Of a stretch of 64,000 nucleotides of DNA, positions 34,701-47,281 are shown in pieces. Position 1 is the first letter of the stretch, and each line of letters opens with the position of its first letter. Source of the DNA: Macrostomum lignano (lineage: Eukaryota); assembly GCA_002269645.1 (NCBI GenBank), contig NIVC01001941.1:25910-89909 (forward strand), written 5' to 3'. The translations under genes were made by a program, and so were the position numbers. Below the pieces are notes generated by a model. The model did not search any database and was not told where the DNA came from. It saw only the letters and a program-made list of their open reading frames with translations.

Positions 34701-37700
34701 TCTGAAAATGGCAAGTACTTTTTTAGGCGAATAAATTTCTGATTAAAAGCGATTCCGCATCTGCCTACTTATGTAAGTAGGCTAACTTGCGCACTCAGTA
34801 CGCACCGTAAACTCCTCGGGCAGTTCCGGAATGCTGTCCAAATCGCGCAGCAACGAGTCAAGCCGCTCTCTCTCCTCGGGCGTCATGGCAACGACGTCGT
34901 TTGAAGCTGCTGCCAGCTGTGAAATTTAGATTGAGGAATTGTGAAGCTTTTGGCCATGATTTTATTTATTTTAATCTGTCAACCTTATTGTTGATAAGGA
35001 CGAATGCAAAAAAGCTGATTCGGTCCGACTACTCATCTTCTGTTGCTAAGGAAGCATCTGACTACTCATCTTCCTGTTGCTAAGGAAGCATCCAACTACT
35101 CATCTCCCTGTTGCTAAGGAAGCATCCGACTACTCATCTTCCTGTTGCTAAGGAAGCATCTGACTACTCATCTTCCTGTTGCTAAGGAAGCATCCGACTA
35201 CTCATCTCCCTGTTGCTAAGGAAGCATCTGACTACTCATCTTCCTGTTGCTAAGGAAGCATCCGACTACTCATCTTCCTGTTGCTAAGGCAGCGTCCGAC
35301 TACTCATGTCTCTGTTGCTAAGGAAGTATCTGACTACTCTTCTGTTGCTAACCTCAATGTTTCGCTTTATAAAATCCTTCGACGAGTCGCCGCTCGCTGC
35401 CGCGCCCGAACCGGCCGCCTGCTTCTTCCGGCCGTCTTTTTGCTGCTGCTGCTTCCGGCTCGTCGTTCCGGACCGGGCGGTTCCGCCACCGACTTCGGTG
35501 CCTTCCTCGTTGGCCCCAGCCGACTCCTGTGCCTCGTCGAACAGGTACTCGGTGGGGAACACCGGCTCGTGCGGCAGCTCATCGCTGTACTCATCCTGCA
35601 GGGCCGAATCCCCGTCCCGTCTGGTGCCGCCGTCGCTGGGCGTCAGCGCCAGGAACTTCATGGTGTTGCTCATCTCGTCATTTGTCCGCCTGGAGGTTGC
35701 CTCGGCGCGCAGCTGCTCCAGCTCCTCCTTGATCCTGGGAGTGCGGGCGAGGCAGAGGCGACGGTTGGCGGGTGATTTGGGGTGGATTGAGGGCAGAATA
35801 GGGGGAGATGGAGAGCGGATTGAGGGCGGAATATTGGGGATGGAGAGCGGATTGAGGGCGGAATAGGGGGATGGAGAGGGGATTGAGGGCGGAATATTGG
35901 GGATGGAGAGCGGATTGAGGGCGGAATATTGGGGATGGAGAGCGGATTGAGGGCGGAATATTGGGGATGGAGAGCGGATTGAGGGCGGAATATTGGGGAT
36001 GGAGAGGGGATTGAGGGCGGAATAGGGGGATGGAGAGCGGATTGAGGGCAGAATAGGGGGAGATGGAGAGCGGATTAAGGGCGGAATAGGGGGATGGAGA
36101 GCGGATTGAGGGCGGAATAGTGGGGATGGAGAGCGGATTGAGGGCAGAATAGGGGGAGATGGAGAGCGGATTGAGGGCGGAATATTGGGGATGGAGAGGG
36201 GATTGAGGGCGGAATAGGGGGATGGAGAGCGGATTGAGGGCAGAATAGGGGGAGATGGAGAGCGGATTAAGGGCGGAATAGGGGGATGGAGAGCGGATTG
36301 AGGGCGGAATAGTGGGGATGGAGAGCGGATTGAGGGCAGAATAGGGGGAGATGGAGAGCGGATTGTGGGCGGAATAGTGGGGATGGAGAGGGGATTGAGG
36401 GCAGAATAGGGGATGGAGAGCGGATTGAGGGCGGAATAGGGGGATGGAGAGCGGATTATGGGTGGAACAGGGGGGAAAAGGGCGGATTGAGGGCGGATTC
36501 GGAGAGTTGTACAGAGCGGACTAAGAATGGAATCGGAGGGGACTTTAGGCCGCATTAGAGATGAAATCTAAGAAGAGCGGATTGGGAGCAGCATTAGAGG
36601 GATGGAGTGCGGAATCGAAGAGGGACTGCACCAATGCGAGTCTCCAACCTTTTCTCCAGCATAGTTCTCTGACGCTTGACCTCGCGCTCTTTGGCCATCC
36701 GTTTCCGCAGAATCTTGTCAAGCTTCAGCATCCGCTGGTAGGCCTCGGTGTACTTGGCGTCCCGCTCCGGCAGCAGGCCGTTGGGGTCTGACTGGTCGCG
36801 GGCGCTGGAGGCCGCGGATTCAGTCCGGCTGGACAGATTCTTCAGATCGTACCTGGCCAGCTCATCCTGCGGGTGTTCGATTTGATAATGATAATTGCCC
36901 TGGTCTGACGCAATCCTGCCCATTCCGCTGACTCCTGAGCACACACAAGTGCGCCAATACTGTACGCAGGCACGCGCGCTCACACAGGGTGTACAGCGGC
37001 CCTGACTTTCTGATCGTCAGGCATGTACACTCTCTGTGCCTTGGGGGCTGATCCTCATGGATGTGAATCGCACGAAAGCCTCCCATGCCAAGTTTAGCGC
37101 CAGGCCTTCAAAATAATGTGTTTGCACACGGAATCGAACCAAGGGTTCGTGGCGCGAGATTCGGACGCGTTTACGGCTGAGCTGCTCTGCCCCTTTGGGT
37201 GGTCAGTTCAGGTCACAGCTCATTCGGCCAGGTCAGTTATTACATGTGAACAACAAACATAAGCAAATTTATGCATCAGTTTAAGTGCTTCAAATACGAA
37301 CAACAGGATTTTTCAATATCTAGCTATAGCCAGCAGCTGACAATTAAAAAGTTGTGCGATTGGATTACTGACTGCACTAATAGTACACAAGAAACAGGAA
37401 GACTTTTACAGACTAGAGTGATCGCCATTAATTTCATTGTGTTAAAATACGAAGTTAAAGCTTGATTAGAGTACCTACGTAAGCATACTTTATTGGATGC
37501 CACACTTTACGTAGATTTTACCTTGATATCCTCTCGAACTTTGCGCTTAATTTCTTCCTTCAGCTCCTGGATGATTTCGTTCTCCTCATCGCTGGTGACA
37601 TCAGCGGTGGCAGAATCGGGCGCAGTTCCGTTCGGCTTCGCCTGCTGCCTCGGCGTCGCTGACTGAAGCTCCAGCGTCCTGTCGGTCGATGCCTCGCTAA

Positions 37701-39445
37701 CGTCCGTGTCTTCTCGCTGCATTTTTCCTATTAGTCAACAAATGAACGACTCTGCAAAGTATATTTCTGCTTTAAATAGAGCATAAAAATCATAAATAAC
37801 TAAGTTCGAAGACACTTGATTCAAATTAACAAATGAATCCCTTTAAAGAATAAAAGATCTAGATGATATTTAGATACAGGCCAAATATACTCAGTTAATG
37901 CTACTTATTGGTATTCTTAAACTAATGTGTTAGCAGTATGCAGTGGATGAGAATTCAGATCTTTGTAAATTAAATTGTATAAATAGTCATTTTTTAAAAA
38001 ATTTAATCCACTGTCAATACAGTTTATTTGTACAATGATGGATAATTTTCACTTTAAAACAAACAGAAATTAGTATTCTGCTCATTTATAGTTTAGAAAG
38101 CTTATTATATAAATAAATAACTAATATTAAGATTTTGATATTCAATTCTATAAAATTCTACACAAATTCCCTTCTGTTCTACCCACAATTTTTAAAAGTA
38201 GATAGAGTATAAGCTTATAAAGCATATAGTAATCTTTAAAATTCAATACAAATACTATATACACATATTGATCTACACAAATAATTAGATCGACCAAACT
38301 GGCACTGACACGATACTAACATAAACCATTCCAATGTCTGCTGCGTATTCATTGTCTTAAAAATGAGTGGATTTAAAGTAGTTAGCAAATAATTCGATTC
38401 TTTCAAAAGTTAGTTGGTTTATAAAATTCTATTTCTTAGACTAAACGACTAAACCATAGATAAATATAAATATATAAATAAATATAAATATAAATATAGA
38501 TAAATTATTTCTCTATAATAAGATAAATAAGATAAAATAGCTTTATCTTATTAAATCTAAGACTAACAGAACTGATTCGATTTAAATCAATATAGTTCGT
38601 CGAACTATAATCGAATTTTTTAGTTAAAAAAAATTTACACTAGATATTCTGTGGTTTTGTTTTTTATGATGCATTAAAATGGTATCAAAAAGGTAGTTAG
38701 TTTAGTTCTGAATAATATTTAAAAAATTAGCCGCGCTTAAAAAGCATATACTTATATATTTGTTTATCCATCTCTTAGCCAAAAAATCCGGCAGACTTGT
38801 AAGATATTTTTAAGATGTGTTTAGACTCGAGAAAGCTCCATTTTCTTTTAAACTAAAATCTCTAATCGAATTTTACACAAAACACGTCTACAATGTTTCG
38901 AAAAGAGGTTGAATAAAGTTTCATCTGAATATACGGCTTCAACTGGCTCTATCCGAAAGTGACATCACATAAAATACAATTAGCTACTGTTTTATAGTGA
39001 CTGAAAATGTTTTTCAATTGAATTAATTCATCAACTTAAAATTTTGCTTTTAGTTTTAATTTAAAATTTTTGTTTAAAGTTTAATTTATGAATTTTCATT
39101 TTGCTCTTCGATTACGATTTGTTTGTTTTACCTATTGAAATTCTGAACACTGCTAATGTAAACATATTTAAGTTCGTTTCTATGACACATTTCGATAACG
39201 CTGACTAATAAAACATACACGCTTGCGTCGATCCATCTTTTTGAACGAAGTATTGTAGTGTAGGTTTTTGTGATTATCATAAAAAAATAGTCTTAACGAA
39301 TATTTTTTTTTTAAAAAGCTGAACTTTAAAAAATCTACTGCCTCGATATAGGCGTAGAGAGTTCGGCCATTTGTTCAGAATGACTTCCTTCCGAGGAATA
39401 TTTCGGAGCATGCAGTTGCATGCTCTTCTTTCGTAGCTTTGGCAT
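31734..39445 (-). CDS. FSIP1: Fibrous sheath-interacting protein 1-like
   Basis: Phase-consistent exons 37727-37522, 36866-36649, 35734-35353, 34916-34806, 33423-33076, 32506-32264, 32039-31734; probable first exon from ATG 39445 (link to 37727 unresolved). Recalled family motifs: AYQRMLKLDKIL..R..KEREVKRQ, NTMKFLAL, KDFIKRNIELA, E.ERLDSLLRDLD, GY.V...D.RRL.EIE..L..L, GEKAL.E.KEER....RL.E....L. Confidence 0.85.
32625..33055. repeat. 14-bp intronic minisatellite (caaatccaacatct)
   Basis: About 30 units. Confidence 0.95.
33600..33965. repeat. Degenerate aaatcgataaacacac tandem repeat
   Basis: Recurrent tcgataaacac motif. Confidence 0.8.
35020..35345. repeat. 34-bp intronic minisatellite (gactactcatcttcctgttgctaaggaagcatct)
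   Basis: About 9 units ending at the FSIP1 exon donor. Confidence 0.95.
35770..36610. repeat. ~32-bp G-rich intronic minisatellite (gagggcggaatattggggatggagagcggatt)
   Basis: Fills the intron between FSIP1 exons. Confidence 0.93.
36910..37193 (-). mobile_element. tRNA-derived SINE, head type II
   Basis: Head GGGGCAGAGCAGCTCAGCCGTAAACGCGTCCGAATCTCGCGCCACGAACCCTTGGTTCGATTCC plus the shared core. Confidence 0.8.
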
Positions 39446-39809
39446 GCATGCTGAAAAATTCATGTTTGTATATTTTATGTACATATTTTTTCTGAAAAGT
39501 TTTATTATTATGCGCCGGCTTCTATCCAGTTATAGAAAAATCTTTGTGGCTAATGTATGAAAGCATGAAAGTATAGAAAAAGTAATTTTTCTAAGCCGTA
39601 ATTTAAAGAAAAATTATATTATTTGCATCTTCATATTTTTTCAGTTATCGTATCGTAAAACCAGCAGTAGATTGTTTTTTTAATGAATAACTAAGAAATT
39701 TTGCGAATTACGAGCGTAATTTTACAAGATTTTTATCAAACAGCTAAATGCCAAATAACTTAAACATTCTTCCAGATTACCTGCAGCAATTTGCATCGCA
39801 ACTTTTACC

Positions 39810-42800
39810 ATGGGTTCTTCAGCAAGTGCTCAAAAAAGCAGAGGATCTGTCACCGCTTATCCAAAGCATCCGTCAGGCATGGACGTTCAAGATTCCAGTA
39901 ACTTTCCTAGCGCAAGCCGCCAAAATGATCAACAGGTATTTTCATTGAACCGCGTGGTGTTTTAACTGGTTAAAATATGACCTTTACTAAGGCAGTAGTA
40001 GTCATTTCAAGTTAAAGACATAAGCAAAACAATGTACAAAAACAAATTCTAGTTCCAGCAACAACCAGCGCCCCAGCCTGAAAGCAGATCGGCCTTCAAT
40101 TTTGAGCAGCAACAGCAGATGACGAACAATAATGGCCATGCCAACGGCTCGGCTCCGTCGGCGCCGCCACAAGACGAGGCTGTAAGTTGAAACCATTGAG
40201 TTTCCGAGTTTGTTTAATGGATTTCATTGTGTTTTTAATGGGTTTTCATTGTGTTTAACGGATTTTATTGTGTTTAGCGGAGTTTCTAGAGTTTTTAATG
40301 GGTTTCATCGTTTGTTTAATAGGTTTTCATAGTGTATCCAACGGATTTCATGGTGTGTTTAGAGTTTCTTAGTGTGTTTAATGAAGTTTCATCGTGTGTT
40401 TAATGAAGTTTCATAGTGTGTTTTGTGTAGTTTAATCACAATATACTAAATCTCTAAGGTCTGACTGTTAGAGAGTCGGGGAGTCAGGGCCGCCGTAAAC
40501 CCTGTATGAGCGCGTATGTGTGCACATATCCTTGTTGATCAATGGGACGGCATGGCTGCCTGCCTCCCCAGCGTGTGTGCGCGCATATCCTTGTTGATCA
40601 ATGGGACGGCATGGCTGCCTGCCTCCCCAGCGTGTGTGCGCACATATCCTTGTTGATCAATGGGACGGCATGGCTGCCTGCCTCCCCACGGGTTGCAGGC
40701 CAACTGCCGTCTTGAACTGCGGGAGTCTTAATAACCATAAATAAATTTGCACCTGACTGCAGGTGACGCAGACCACAATGGACGCTGACACGCTTCTTCG
40801 ATATGTTGAGATTGAAAAAGAGATCAACAGACTTGAGGCGATGAACTCAGTGGAGCACCTGCAGATTAAATGGGACGAGCTCAAAGCCCTTGATGAAGAA
40901 ATCCAGCGACTGACGGCCGTGTTTGAGTCGCGCAAGGAGCAAACGTAAGAACTCAGTTCTTATCTAATCAGCGAGTAAGCTCTCGGATCATAGCTGGCTC
41001 CTTTGGTTAGCTGATAACTGCAATGATATTTACACAGCGATGCAAATGGAAAATTAATTTCAAACTCTGAATCTGTAGCTTTCTGTGCAGCTCGCTACTC
41101 TGAGTAGCTTACACTTGAGTATCACAGTTTGAGCAGTTGTTGGACTTGAGTATCACAGTTTGAGCAGCTGTCAGATCTGAGTATCACAGTTTGAGCAGCT
41201 GTTGGACTTAAGTATCACAGTTTGGGCAGCTGTTGGACTTGAGTATCACAGTTCGAGCAGCTGTTGGACTTGAGTATCACAGTTCGAGCAGCTGTCAGAT
41301 TTGAGTATCACAGTTTGAGCAGCTGTCAGATTTGAGTATCACAGTTTGAGCAGCTGTCAGATTTGAGTATCACAGTTTGAGCAGCTGTTGGACTTGAGTA
41401 TCACAGTTTGAGCAGTTGTTGGACTTGAGTATCACAGTTTGGGCAGCTGTTGGACTTGAGTATCACAGTTCGAGCAGCTGTCAGATTTGAGTGTCACAGT
41501 TTGAGCAGCTGTTGGACTTGAGTGTCACAGTTTGAGCAGCTGTTGGACTTGAGTGTCACAGTTTGGGCAGCTGTCAGATTTGAGTATCACAGTTTGAGCA
41601 GCTGTTGGACTTGAGTATCACAGTTTGAGCAGTTGTTGGACTTGAGTATCACAGTTTGAGCAGCTGTTGGACTTGAGTATCACAGTTTGAGCAGCTGTTG
41701 GACTTGAGTATCACAGTTTGAGCAGCTGTTGGACTTGAGTATCACAGTTTGAGCAGCTGTTACCTGAGTATCACAGTTTGAGAAGTATTGACAGCAAGCC
41801 TTCGGCCTCACTTTCCCATTCAGCCGCAAGGAGAAGCAGGACGTTGACGAAATGCAGCAGATAAGCGTGAACTCCTTCATCGCGGACAAGGCCGCATTCG
41901 ACGAGCGCATGTCTCGCGAGCAGGAGGAGTTCGTGACCGCCCTCAACAAGCAGGAGGTCGCCCAGCGCGAGCTTGAGTCCGCCGTGCGGATCAGGGAGAG
42001 CGCCCGACAGGCCGTCAAGGAGCTTCACGAGCACGCCAACCGGCTGCAGGGCCTCTACCGGGATCAGGATGTGATGCTCGGTGAGCTGTTTGAAAAGTTC
42101 TTTTTGATTTCTTTTTAGAGACTGCTTAAGCTTTGATTTCTCCCTGGGATAACTCAGACAACGACAATTGTCAGCTAAAAGACGCAACTTAATTCTCTCA
42201 TCTTCTATGCTTCAATCCGAGGACGATTCGAAGTGAGCATGGGTTTCACAAGTTTATCAAGCTGCTTTCTGAGCTCTATATCTGTGTCCAGATGTGACAG
42301 TAAACGATCCCTTTCTGAGTCCTTAACTTGGTCCTAACTGCTGAGCCAGAGCCTCACCTGTGGATAACTACTCTTCAATAGACGATTTTTTATAAACTTT
42401 GTACTGTGTATTTCTCGTATACGAGTGGATATGAAATAAATATTCGCAGGTTTGTGGGCACCTGCACTGAAGCAATTCTGCCCACTCGTACACACGCTCA
42501 CACAGGGTGTACATCGGCCCTGACTTTCTAATCGTCAGGCATGTACACTCTCTGTGCCTTGGGGGGTCGGCCCTCATGGCTGTGGATCGCACGACAGCCT
42601 CCCCTGCCAATTTCGCCCTGCCCCCGTTAGTGAGCAGTGGAAACCGTTTTCTCTAGATAAGAAACGAAATCACTCCAAACCTGCAGCTGCCATTTTCGAC
42701 GGCAAGTACGGCAGCGAGCTGGAGTTCCGGCTGGAACGGGAGCACGACGCCACCAGCGACAGGCAGCAGAGAATCGCGGCGGCCAAGACCCGCTGGCAGG

Positions 42801-45800
42801 CCGGCCGTCTGTTGATTCACCACGCCTGCGCCCAGCTTGGCCACGGCGTCAAGCAGTGGGAGACCTGCGGCTCCATGCCGCCTCAGTGAGTCAGATTCAG
42901 TTGTCATACTTCCTTTAATTTGCATATACACATCGGTGTCATAAATTTCCAACTCAGAAACCAGCTGTCAAGATTTCTCATCCTAAGCCTAATGAGGGGA
43001 TTGTAGCCTAGTGGTTAGAGCGTCGGGGGTTCGATTCCCGATCCCACTCGGAACAATTTGTGTCCTTGAGCAAGACACAACTCTGTATTACTTCAGTTCA
43101 CCCAGCTGTAAAATGGGTGCCAGCATTAGCTGGGGTAATTGAGGCTGTGTGTGGCGACCCCCCAGTCCTTGGACTGAACAGCCGTACGCAGCCTTCAGAT
43201 GCGCCGCGCAATAGCTGCGGCTGAGCTGTCGGTTGCACATCTGGCCACTAGGGCAGGTGTAATCAATTAATTAATTAACTAATCAATCAGATCCCTTTAC
43301 AAAAAGTAAGGAACCTTAACGCAAAATATTAATTCTTCTTCGACAATACTTATATGTACTTTTTCTAGTACTACTTACATACAATTACCGATTAGTTCTT
43401 TGCTCAATGAGTCAATCAGCCGCCCCGCGCGCCTCGCACAGGGATATGCAGCGGCGTTACGCGGTTGCCACGGAGACGCGCAATTACCTGGTGGCAGCCT
43501 GCGCGAATTTGCGCAACAGCCAGAACTATTTGAAGGGCATCGATTTTCCTTATTGCAAGCTTGATGAGGTGAGCTGATATTTGACAATTAAATTTTACTA
43601 TATAGAATAAATGCGTTTACAAGCTCGGAAATTAGTTCATAAAAGGTAATATCTGGTGAGCAATATAGCGACAAAATCTAAGATAAAATATTTATCAAGG
43701 TTATGAAAAAATGCTGGATTTTAATTTAACTAAATCGGTTTCTAAGAAACCTTATAGTCTCATAATTTTGAAAAGAACAATAAAGGTTACACGGAACGAT
43801 ATCGCAATGGAGCAATCGCTACGGAATTTCGATCTCTAAAAAAGGACAGAAAATTATAACAAATCAAGAACGACCCGCCAATCCGGAAATTCGGCTTCAA
43901 GCAAAACTATCCATAATTGACCAAAGTTTCTAAAAATTGAAAATTAAAATTATTTTAAAAAATCAATAACGAATTGTCAATCCGGAAATCCGGTTTATTG
44001 AAGTACACGTATCTTTTTAAATATGATTATAACAAACCAACAACAACTAACAATTTCCGACGCTTCAGGTGGTCACGCTGGAGCGAGCGACCAGTAATAT
44101 CTTCACGGACGTGGCCACGCTGGACCGGCACATGCACGCCATGTCTGTCTACCGGGCCATGTTCCAGCGGGCTGGCGCCCTGCTGCAGTGGTTCGACACG
44201 GTCTGTAACACAGCTTGTCACGCCTTCTCAGGAATCACCCCAACACGGAAATCACCCCCTCCGGGAATCACCCCTCTCCGGGAATCACCCCTCTCCGGGA
44301 ATCACCCCTCTCTGGGAATCACCCTCTCCAGGAATCACTTCTCTTCGGGAATCACCCCTCTCCAAGAATCACCCCTCTCCAAGAATCTCCCCTCTCCAAG
44401 AATCTCCCCTCTCCAAGAATCTCCCCTCTCCAAGAATCTCCCCTCTCCAAGAATCTCCCCTCTCCAAGAATCACCCCTCTCCAAGAATCTCCCCTCTCCA
44501 AGAATCACCCTCTCCAAGAACCACCCCTCTCCAAGAATCACCCCTCTCCAAGAATCTCCCCTCTCCAAGAATCACCCCTCTCCAAGAATCTCCCCTCTCC
44601 AAGAATCTCCCCTCTCCAAGAATCTCCCCTCTCCAAGAATCACCCCTCTCCAAGAATCACCCCTCTCCAAGAATCACCCCTCTCCAAGAATCTCCCCTCT
44701 CCAAGAATCTCCCCTCTCCAAGAATCACCCCTCTCCGGGAATCACCCCTCCCTGGGAATCACCCCCTCCCTGGGAATCACCTCTCCCTGGGAATCACCCC
44801 TCCCTGGGAATCACCCCTCCCTGGGAATCACCTCTCCCTGGGAATCACCCCTCCCTGGGAATCACCCCTCCCTGGGAATCACCCCTCCCTGGGAATCACC
44901 CCCTCCCTGGGAATCACCTCTCCCTGGGAATCACCCCTCCCTGGGAATCACCCCTCCCTGGGAATCACCCCTCCCTGGGAATCACCCCTCCCTGGGAATC
45001 ACCCCTCCCTGGGAATCACCCCTCCCTGGGAATCACCCCTCCCTGGGAATCACCCCTCCCTGGGAATCACCTCTCCCTGGGAATCACCCCTCCCTGGGAA
45101 TCACCCCTCCCTGGGAATCACCCCTCCCTGGGAATCACCCCTCCCTGTGAATCACCCCCTCCCTGGGAATCACCCCTCCCTGGGAATCACCCCTCCCTGG
45201 GAATCACCCCTCCCTGGGAATCACCCCCTCCCTGGGAATCACCCCTCTCCAGGAATCACCCCTACACGAGAATGGCCTTCCTCGCCCCCTGAGTCTCATC
45301 TCGACGCAGTCCACTCAGCATCACCAGTGGCATTATTTCTCCAAATTAAGGTGATCAACAAGACCATCGACCGGGACCTGCTGTCAGCCACCGAGGAGCT
45401 CTTTGAGAAAAAGCGGCTGCTGCGAACCGAACGAGTTCGGCTGATTAAACAGAAACTGGAGGAGCTGCTGGGACCGCAGGCTGCAGCAGAGGCTGGGCTA
45501 GATGAAGGTTTGGGAATTCAGCATCTTTTCATATGTTGGGGTTTTTATCAGCTGGTCATAGGTCACTCTCACATGTACGGTCCTTCAATTATTGGGTTAC
45601 TCCCTGCGATTGAATGAGCAACCGGTCTCTTTACATGGGATTAGATGAGCAACCGGCCTCTCTATATGGGATTAGATAGACAACAGGCCTCTCTATATGG
45701 GATTAGATGGGCAACTGGCCTCTCTATATGGGATTAGATGAGCAACCGGCCTCTCCATATGGGATAAGATAGACAACAGGCCTCTCTATATGGGATTAGA

Positions 45801-47281
45801 TGGACAACAGGCCTCTCCATATGGGATTAGATGGACAACCGGCCTCTCTATATGGGATTAGATGCACAACAGGCCTCTTTATATGGGATTAGATGAGCAA
45901 CCGGCCTCTATAAGGGATTAAATGAGTCACTTCTTCCAGACTCTTCAAGCTGTCATTTTGCCATTTTCTCATAGTCCTCCTTAGAAACTCTTTGTTAGAA
46001 TTTGCAATAGAAAGCTAAGCTTCTTCGCAAAACAATTAAAGGCTAAATAATGGGAATTTTTTCAGACGCCAATTTAACCGACGCCAGGCGTCTGCAAGAG
46101 CAGCTGGAGACTCTGAACCAGGACGAGATGCAGAAGCTGATGACGAATGTCCAGGTAGTGCAGCCGGAGGGAGTCCAGCCCAGCCCGATGGGCATCGAAG
46201 CGACACCGGAGATCGCAGGCTCAAAGAAAAGATCGAAGAAGAGCAGAAAGGGCAAGGAGAAATCGAACGATGAGGCTGCGGCTGAAGGCGAGGGCAGCGC
46301 GGAGACGCCGCAGGCATCAGCAACGGAGTCCATGCCAAAGATTGACGCGGTGTCTCTGAAGGATCTGGCACCGCCGCCCAGCCAGGACCAGCTGTTCGGT
46401 CAGTACAATGCAATAAAATTTGCAAGTTTCTGTCTATTGCAAACCGAGTGGGCCTGCCAGCGCTGCAAGTTAAGCTGAATTGGCCCGGGTTAGGGGGCGG
46501 AGCAGCTCAGTGGTAAATGCGTCTGAGTCTTCTCGCGCCACGACCCCTAGTTCGATTCCGTGCGCAAAAGTGTTCATTTGGGGCTTCTGCTCGAAAATTT
46601 TCCAGGGGGCTGTCGTGCGCTTCACACCCATGGGAGCCAACCCCCAAGGCACAGAGTGGGGCGATTGTGGGGCGATGTCGCCGAATGGGTTACACCGGGG
46701 TGTCCACAACACCCTCTTGTGGACACAATTTTTGGCAGCGGTTAGTTCCATAGTTCACCCTGCTGTGATAGGGTGTCCAGCAGCTCTCACCCACAATGCG
46801 CCCACAGTGTGTCCTTAGAAAGCAGAAATCTTTCAGCCTGTTAAACTGGATTCTCTCGTCCGACAATTTCATTTCAATAGGCGACATCGACTCGATCAAG
46901 AAGCAATACGAGATCGACATGGAGGAGTACCAGCGAGCTCAGGAGCTGAACAGGACTCGAGTGGAGCGTGGACTGCAGGTGAGTTTTTACCGATAGTGTT
47001 TATAATTCCCGGAAATCGTAGTTTTCATTGTTATTAAGATTATGCTATTTACAACCCAGATTTGCATACGTGAACTGGTTAGTGTAATATGCATCTGGGC
47101 AATGTGCATTGGGTAATGAGCATTGGGGTTATGTGCAAATTGTGAGAATGTGACTAAGTATGAAAAAACCGCGGCAAAACTCCGCCAGGAGAAGCTGGCG
47201 GCTCGGAAGACGCGCAAGGCCCGCAGGATGGCTCAGGAGCAGGAGACCGAGAAGCTGCTTAACGACAGCGTCACAGCCTGA
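39810..47281 (+). CDS. Uncharacterised coiled-coil protein with N-terminal myristoylation motif (~610 aa)
   Basis: Eleven phase-consistent GT-AG exons: 39810-39935, 40053-40181, 40763-40944, 41824-42080, 42687-42885, 43442-43568, 44069-44200, 45351-45507, 46066-46398, 46881-46978, 47189-47281 (1833 nt, open). Starts MGSSAS; heptad-rich; no catalytic motif recognised. Confidence 0.85.
40515..40690. repeat. 59-bp tandem repeat (3 copies)
   Basis: catatccttgttgatcaatgggacggcatggctgcctgcctcccca... occurs three times. Confidence 0.9.
41110..41785. repeat. 31-bp intronic minisatellite (tgagtatcacagtttgagcagctgttggact)
   Basis: About 21 units. Confidence 0.95.
42480..42620 (-). mobile_element. SINE internal fragment
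   Basis: Shared core cacagggtgtacatcggccctgactttctaatcgtcaggcatgtacactctctgtgccttgggg. Confidence 0.72.
42995..43262 (+). mobile_element. tRNA-derived CORE-type SINE
   Basis: A box TAGCCTAGTGG, B box GGTTCGATTCCC, then TGTGTCCTTGAGCAAGACAC...CACCCAGCTGTAAAATGGG, which resembles the MIR/CORE domain (TGTGACCTTGGGCAAGTCAC...CATCTGTAAAATGGG). Confidence 0.72.
44232..45265. repeat. 17-bp C-rich intronic minisatellite (gggaatcacccctccct / caagaatctcccctctc variants)
   Basis: Two subtype blocks within one array. Confidence 0.95.
45615..45925. repeat. 31-bp intronic minisatellite (gagcaaccggcctctctatatgggattagat)
   Basis: About 10 units. Confidence 0.93.
46493..46805 (+). mobile_element. tRNA-derived SINE, head type II with a different 3' body
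   Basis: Head GGGGCGGAGCAGCTCAGTGGTAAATGCGTCTGAG...CTAGTTCGATTCCG; carries cccccaaggcacagag (start of the shared core), then diverges; includes agttcaccctgctgtgatagggtgtccagca, similar to 43065-43105. Confidence 0.7.

Noticed and set aside
35284-36555. 423-aa P/S/I-rich ORF
   Set aside because: Mostly minisatellite translation; only 35734-35353 is the FSIP1 exon.
42995-43055. tRNA gene candidates (also 2400-2466, 13600-13663, 37120-37193, 46493-46565)
   Set aside because: They have A/B boxes but no complete cloverleaf and run straight into repeat bodies, so they are SINE heads.
43974-45617. 547-aa and 407-aa SP/HP-repeat ORFs
   Set aside because: Read-through of an intronic 17-bp array; only 44069-44200 and 45351-45507 are exons.
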